Source of the DNA: Leucoraja ocellata | Taxonomy: Eukaryota | Direction: 5' to 3' | Length of the DNA: 64,000 nt | Assembly (NCBI GenBank): GCA_036785375.1 | Contig: JAWMAR010000030.1 | Location: 7,254,001 to 7,318,000, forward strand | Part shown: positions 62,124-64,000 of the stretch, in pieces | Layout: each line of letters begins with the position of its first letter | How positions within the stretch are numbered: position 1 is the stretch's first letter | The notes under the pieces: model-generated | The model's input: only the letters and a program-made list of their open reading frames with translations | Told to the model about the DNA's origin: nothing | Database searches by the model: none | Translations under genes and position numbers: made by a program

Positions 62124-64000
62124 AGTTGCATCGGAGTGAAAGTGTGCAGGAGAAGCAAGCGAAGGAGGCCAGGACAAAATGCAAGACCATCGCATCTCTC
62201 CTCACCTCTGCACCAAATCCTCACTCAAAGGGGGTTCTTATGTTTAAGAAGCGCCGTCAAAGGGCAAAGAAGTACACCCTCGTTAGTTATGGAAGTGTAG
62301 ACGAGGAGAAGCAGAGTATGGACGAGGACGGGGAACTGCTGCCTACCAGTGAGTCTGAATTTGACGAAGATGCGTTTTCTGATGCAAAAAGTTTGACAAA
62401 TCAGTCAATGGGATCAGACTGGGACAGTTCTTACCTGGACATTGAAAAGCCCAAATCTGAGCCCCATGGTCTAACTGCAACCAAAGGGAAGGGCGTTATA
62501 TTATTTGAACATCAGAGACAACGAGCAAAGGACTATGCATTGGAGGAACCTCCAATTCAGACACAACACAATTTACCAATGAAAGCCAAGCCAGAGGCTG
62601 AAGTGATGAGGTGCAGCGCAATGAATGGAGTCCCTGCCTGGTCCAGGAGTACGACTGTGTGTGCTGGGAATCCAGCCTCGGACGCATTGAACTACTGCAC
62701 AGAAATGAATCTGTCGCCAATAGTACGTGCAGAGACCAGTTACCCAAGGCCCAGTGAGCAGCACCATTCACAGCACACCGTACAAGGTCCCCCTAGCCTA
62801 CCTGGGGTGGCAAATTGGACAGCAAGACCATTTACTCCAGGGTGTCAACAGAGCCATGTGAGTCCTGTACACTCTGTCTGTGCTCCAGTGCTGTATCGGC
62901 AAGGTGCAGCAAATACAGCTCCTGTCAAACCCTGGGAACAAGCTGCTGTGCAAAACAAACCAACAAAACCTTTCTCACCTCCAGCAGCGGTAGTCTCCAG
63001 GCCAACTGTGAATGCCATCCCTCAACCTGAACTAATGAAAGCTTCAGTGCCAATGAGAATGGGAACACATTATTTGCCAGCAGCTGTTTTAATATCAGCA
63101 CCACCACCACCACCACCTGCTGTGATGCCACATCCACTTCTTGTGATGTCACCACCACCTGCTGTGATGTCACCTCCACCTGCTGTGATGTCACCTCCAC
63201 CTGCTGTGATGTCACCTCCACCTGCTGTGATGTCACCACCACCAGCTGTGATGTCAGCTCCACCTCTTGTGATGTCACCACCACCTGCTGTGATGTCACC
63301 ACCATCTGCTGTGATGTCACCACCATCTGCTGTGATGTCACCACCACCTGCTGTGATGTCACCACCTCCTGCTGTGATGTCACCACCTCCTGCTGTGATG
63401 TCACCACCACCTCCTGTGATGTCACCACCTCCTGTGATGTCACCACCTCCTGTGACGTCGCCTCCACCTTCTGTGATGTCACCACCTGCTGTGATGTCAC
63501 CTCCACCTGCTGTGATGTCACCACCAACCACAGTCATGTTACCATCGTCTACATCAATGACAACAGAATGCACAGCGATGCCAACAACGGCCGCGGTGAA
63601 CTCGCCAAAGCCAGCGGTGATGGTGTCATCAATCATAGCGATGTCACCACCATGCGCAGCAAGGTCAGCAGATTGTACCATGACATCACCACCAGCTGCA
63701 GTGATGTCACCACCACCGGCAATGATGTCGCCACCACCTGCAGTGATGTCACCACCACCATTGATGACGTCACTATTCACAGCAACTCCATATTCGCCAC
63801 CTCAGGCTCCGGTCATCAGCACCGCTACCTTTCGCGTTTCCTCAACACTGCTGCCACAGAAAAGGAGCGAAGCCCCTTCTGAAGCCGTAGTGAACGCCCC
63901 TTCCATTGCGAGCACATCATCAACAGCTTGGACATCCAACCAGCCATCTGAGAGCTTGGCCACAAGAGAGCAACGAATTTCAGTGCCTGCTTCTAAAACT
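62124..64000 (+). CDS. SYNPO2L: SYNPO2L large last coding exon (partial; runs off right edge)
   Basis: ttgcag acceptor, phase 1. LHRSESVQEK...APNPHSKGVLMFKKRRQRAKKYTLVSYG...SDWDSSYLD...REQRISVPASKT, open to the window end. Confidence 0.95.
63122..63785 (+). repeat. Coding minisatellite, 21-nt unit GTGATGTCACCACCACCTGCT = (VMSPPPA)n
   Basis: About 20 well-conserved units (63122-~63535) followed by ~12 degenerate heptads, all in frame. Confidence 0.95.

Noticed and set aside
62925-63780. Minus-strand ORFs with (VVTSQQ)n and (GGGDITA)n repeats
   Set aside because: Stop-free antisense frames of the VMSPPPA repeat; the plus frame carries the conserved SYNPO2L motifs.
52796-63785. Regular 21-nt repeats as possible CRISPR arrays
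   Set aside because: Contiguous tandem units without unique spacers, inside eukaryotic exons; no cas genes.
29178-64000. Assignment as SYNPO2 (with SEC24D)
   Set aside because: LVTLSGGAPWGFRLHGG, SPPDSEAYYGETDSD and APNPHSKGVLMFKKRRQRAKKY fit SYNPO2L, and the neighbour's N-terminus fits SEC24C.

Overview
Vertebrate genomic DNA. The repeat content (HE1-type V-SINEs, CR1/HER1 LINE tails, very abundant Penelope pLTR fragments) points to a cartilaginous fish, probably a skate or ray. Two genes lie head-to-head. SEC24C (minus strand) has a CpG-island first exon near 26.5 kb and eight coding exons down to position 228, including the 69-nt cassette exon; it continues past the left edge. SYNPO2L/CHAP (plus strand) has its ATG at 29178, two PDZ exons, a large exon 3, an alternative PDZ-less first exon at 54.8 kb, and a last exon that runs off the right edge. 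The standout observation is two copies (31300-31353 and 34952-35005, minus strand) of a ~130-nt retroposon. Its first 54 nt fold into an HDV/CPEB3-like nested double-pseudoknot self-cleaving ribozyme with essentially no P4. A 3' stem-loop and an (AAG)3 tail follow, and 11-bp TSDs flank each copy. The element's 5' end coincides with the predicted cleavage site. SYNPO2L also carries two in-frame 21-nt heptad expansions: (NPTYPNT)n, a tandem NPxY/YxN array, and (VMSPPPA)n. All calls were made by eye; homology statements come from remembered family sequences, not database searches.
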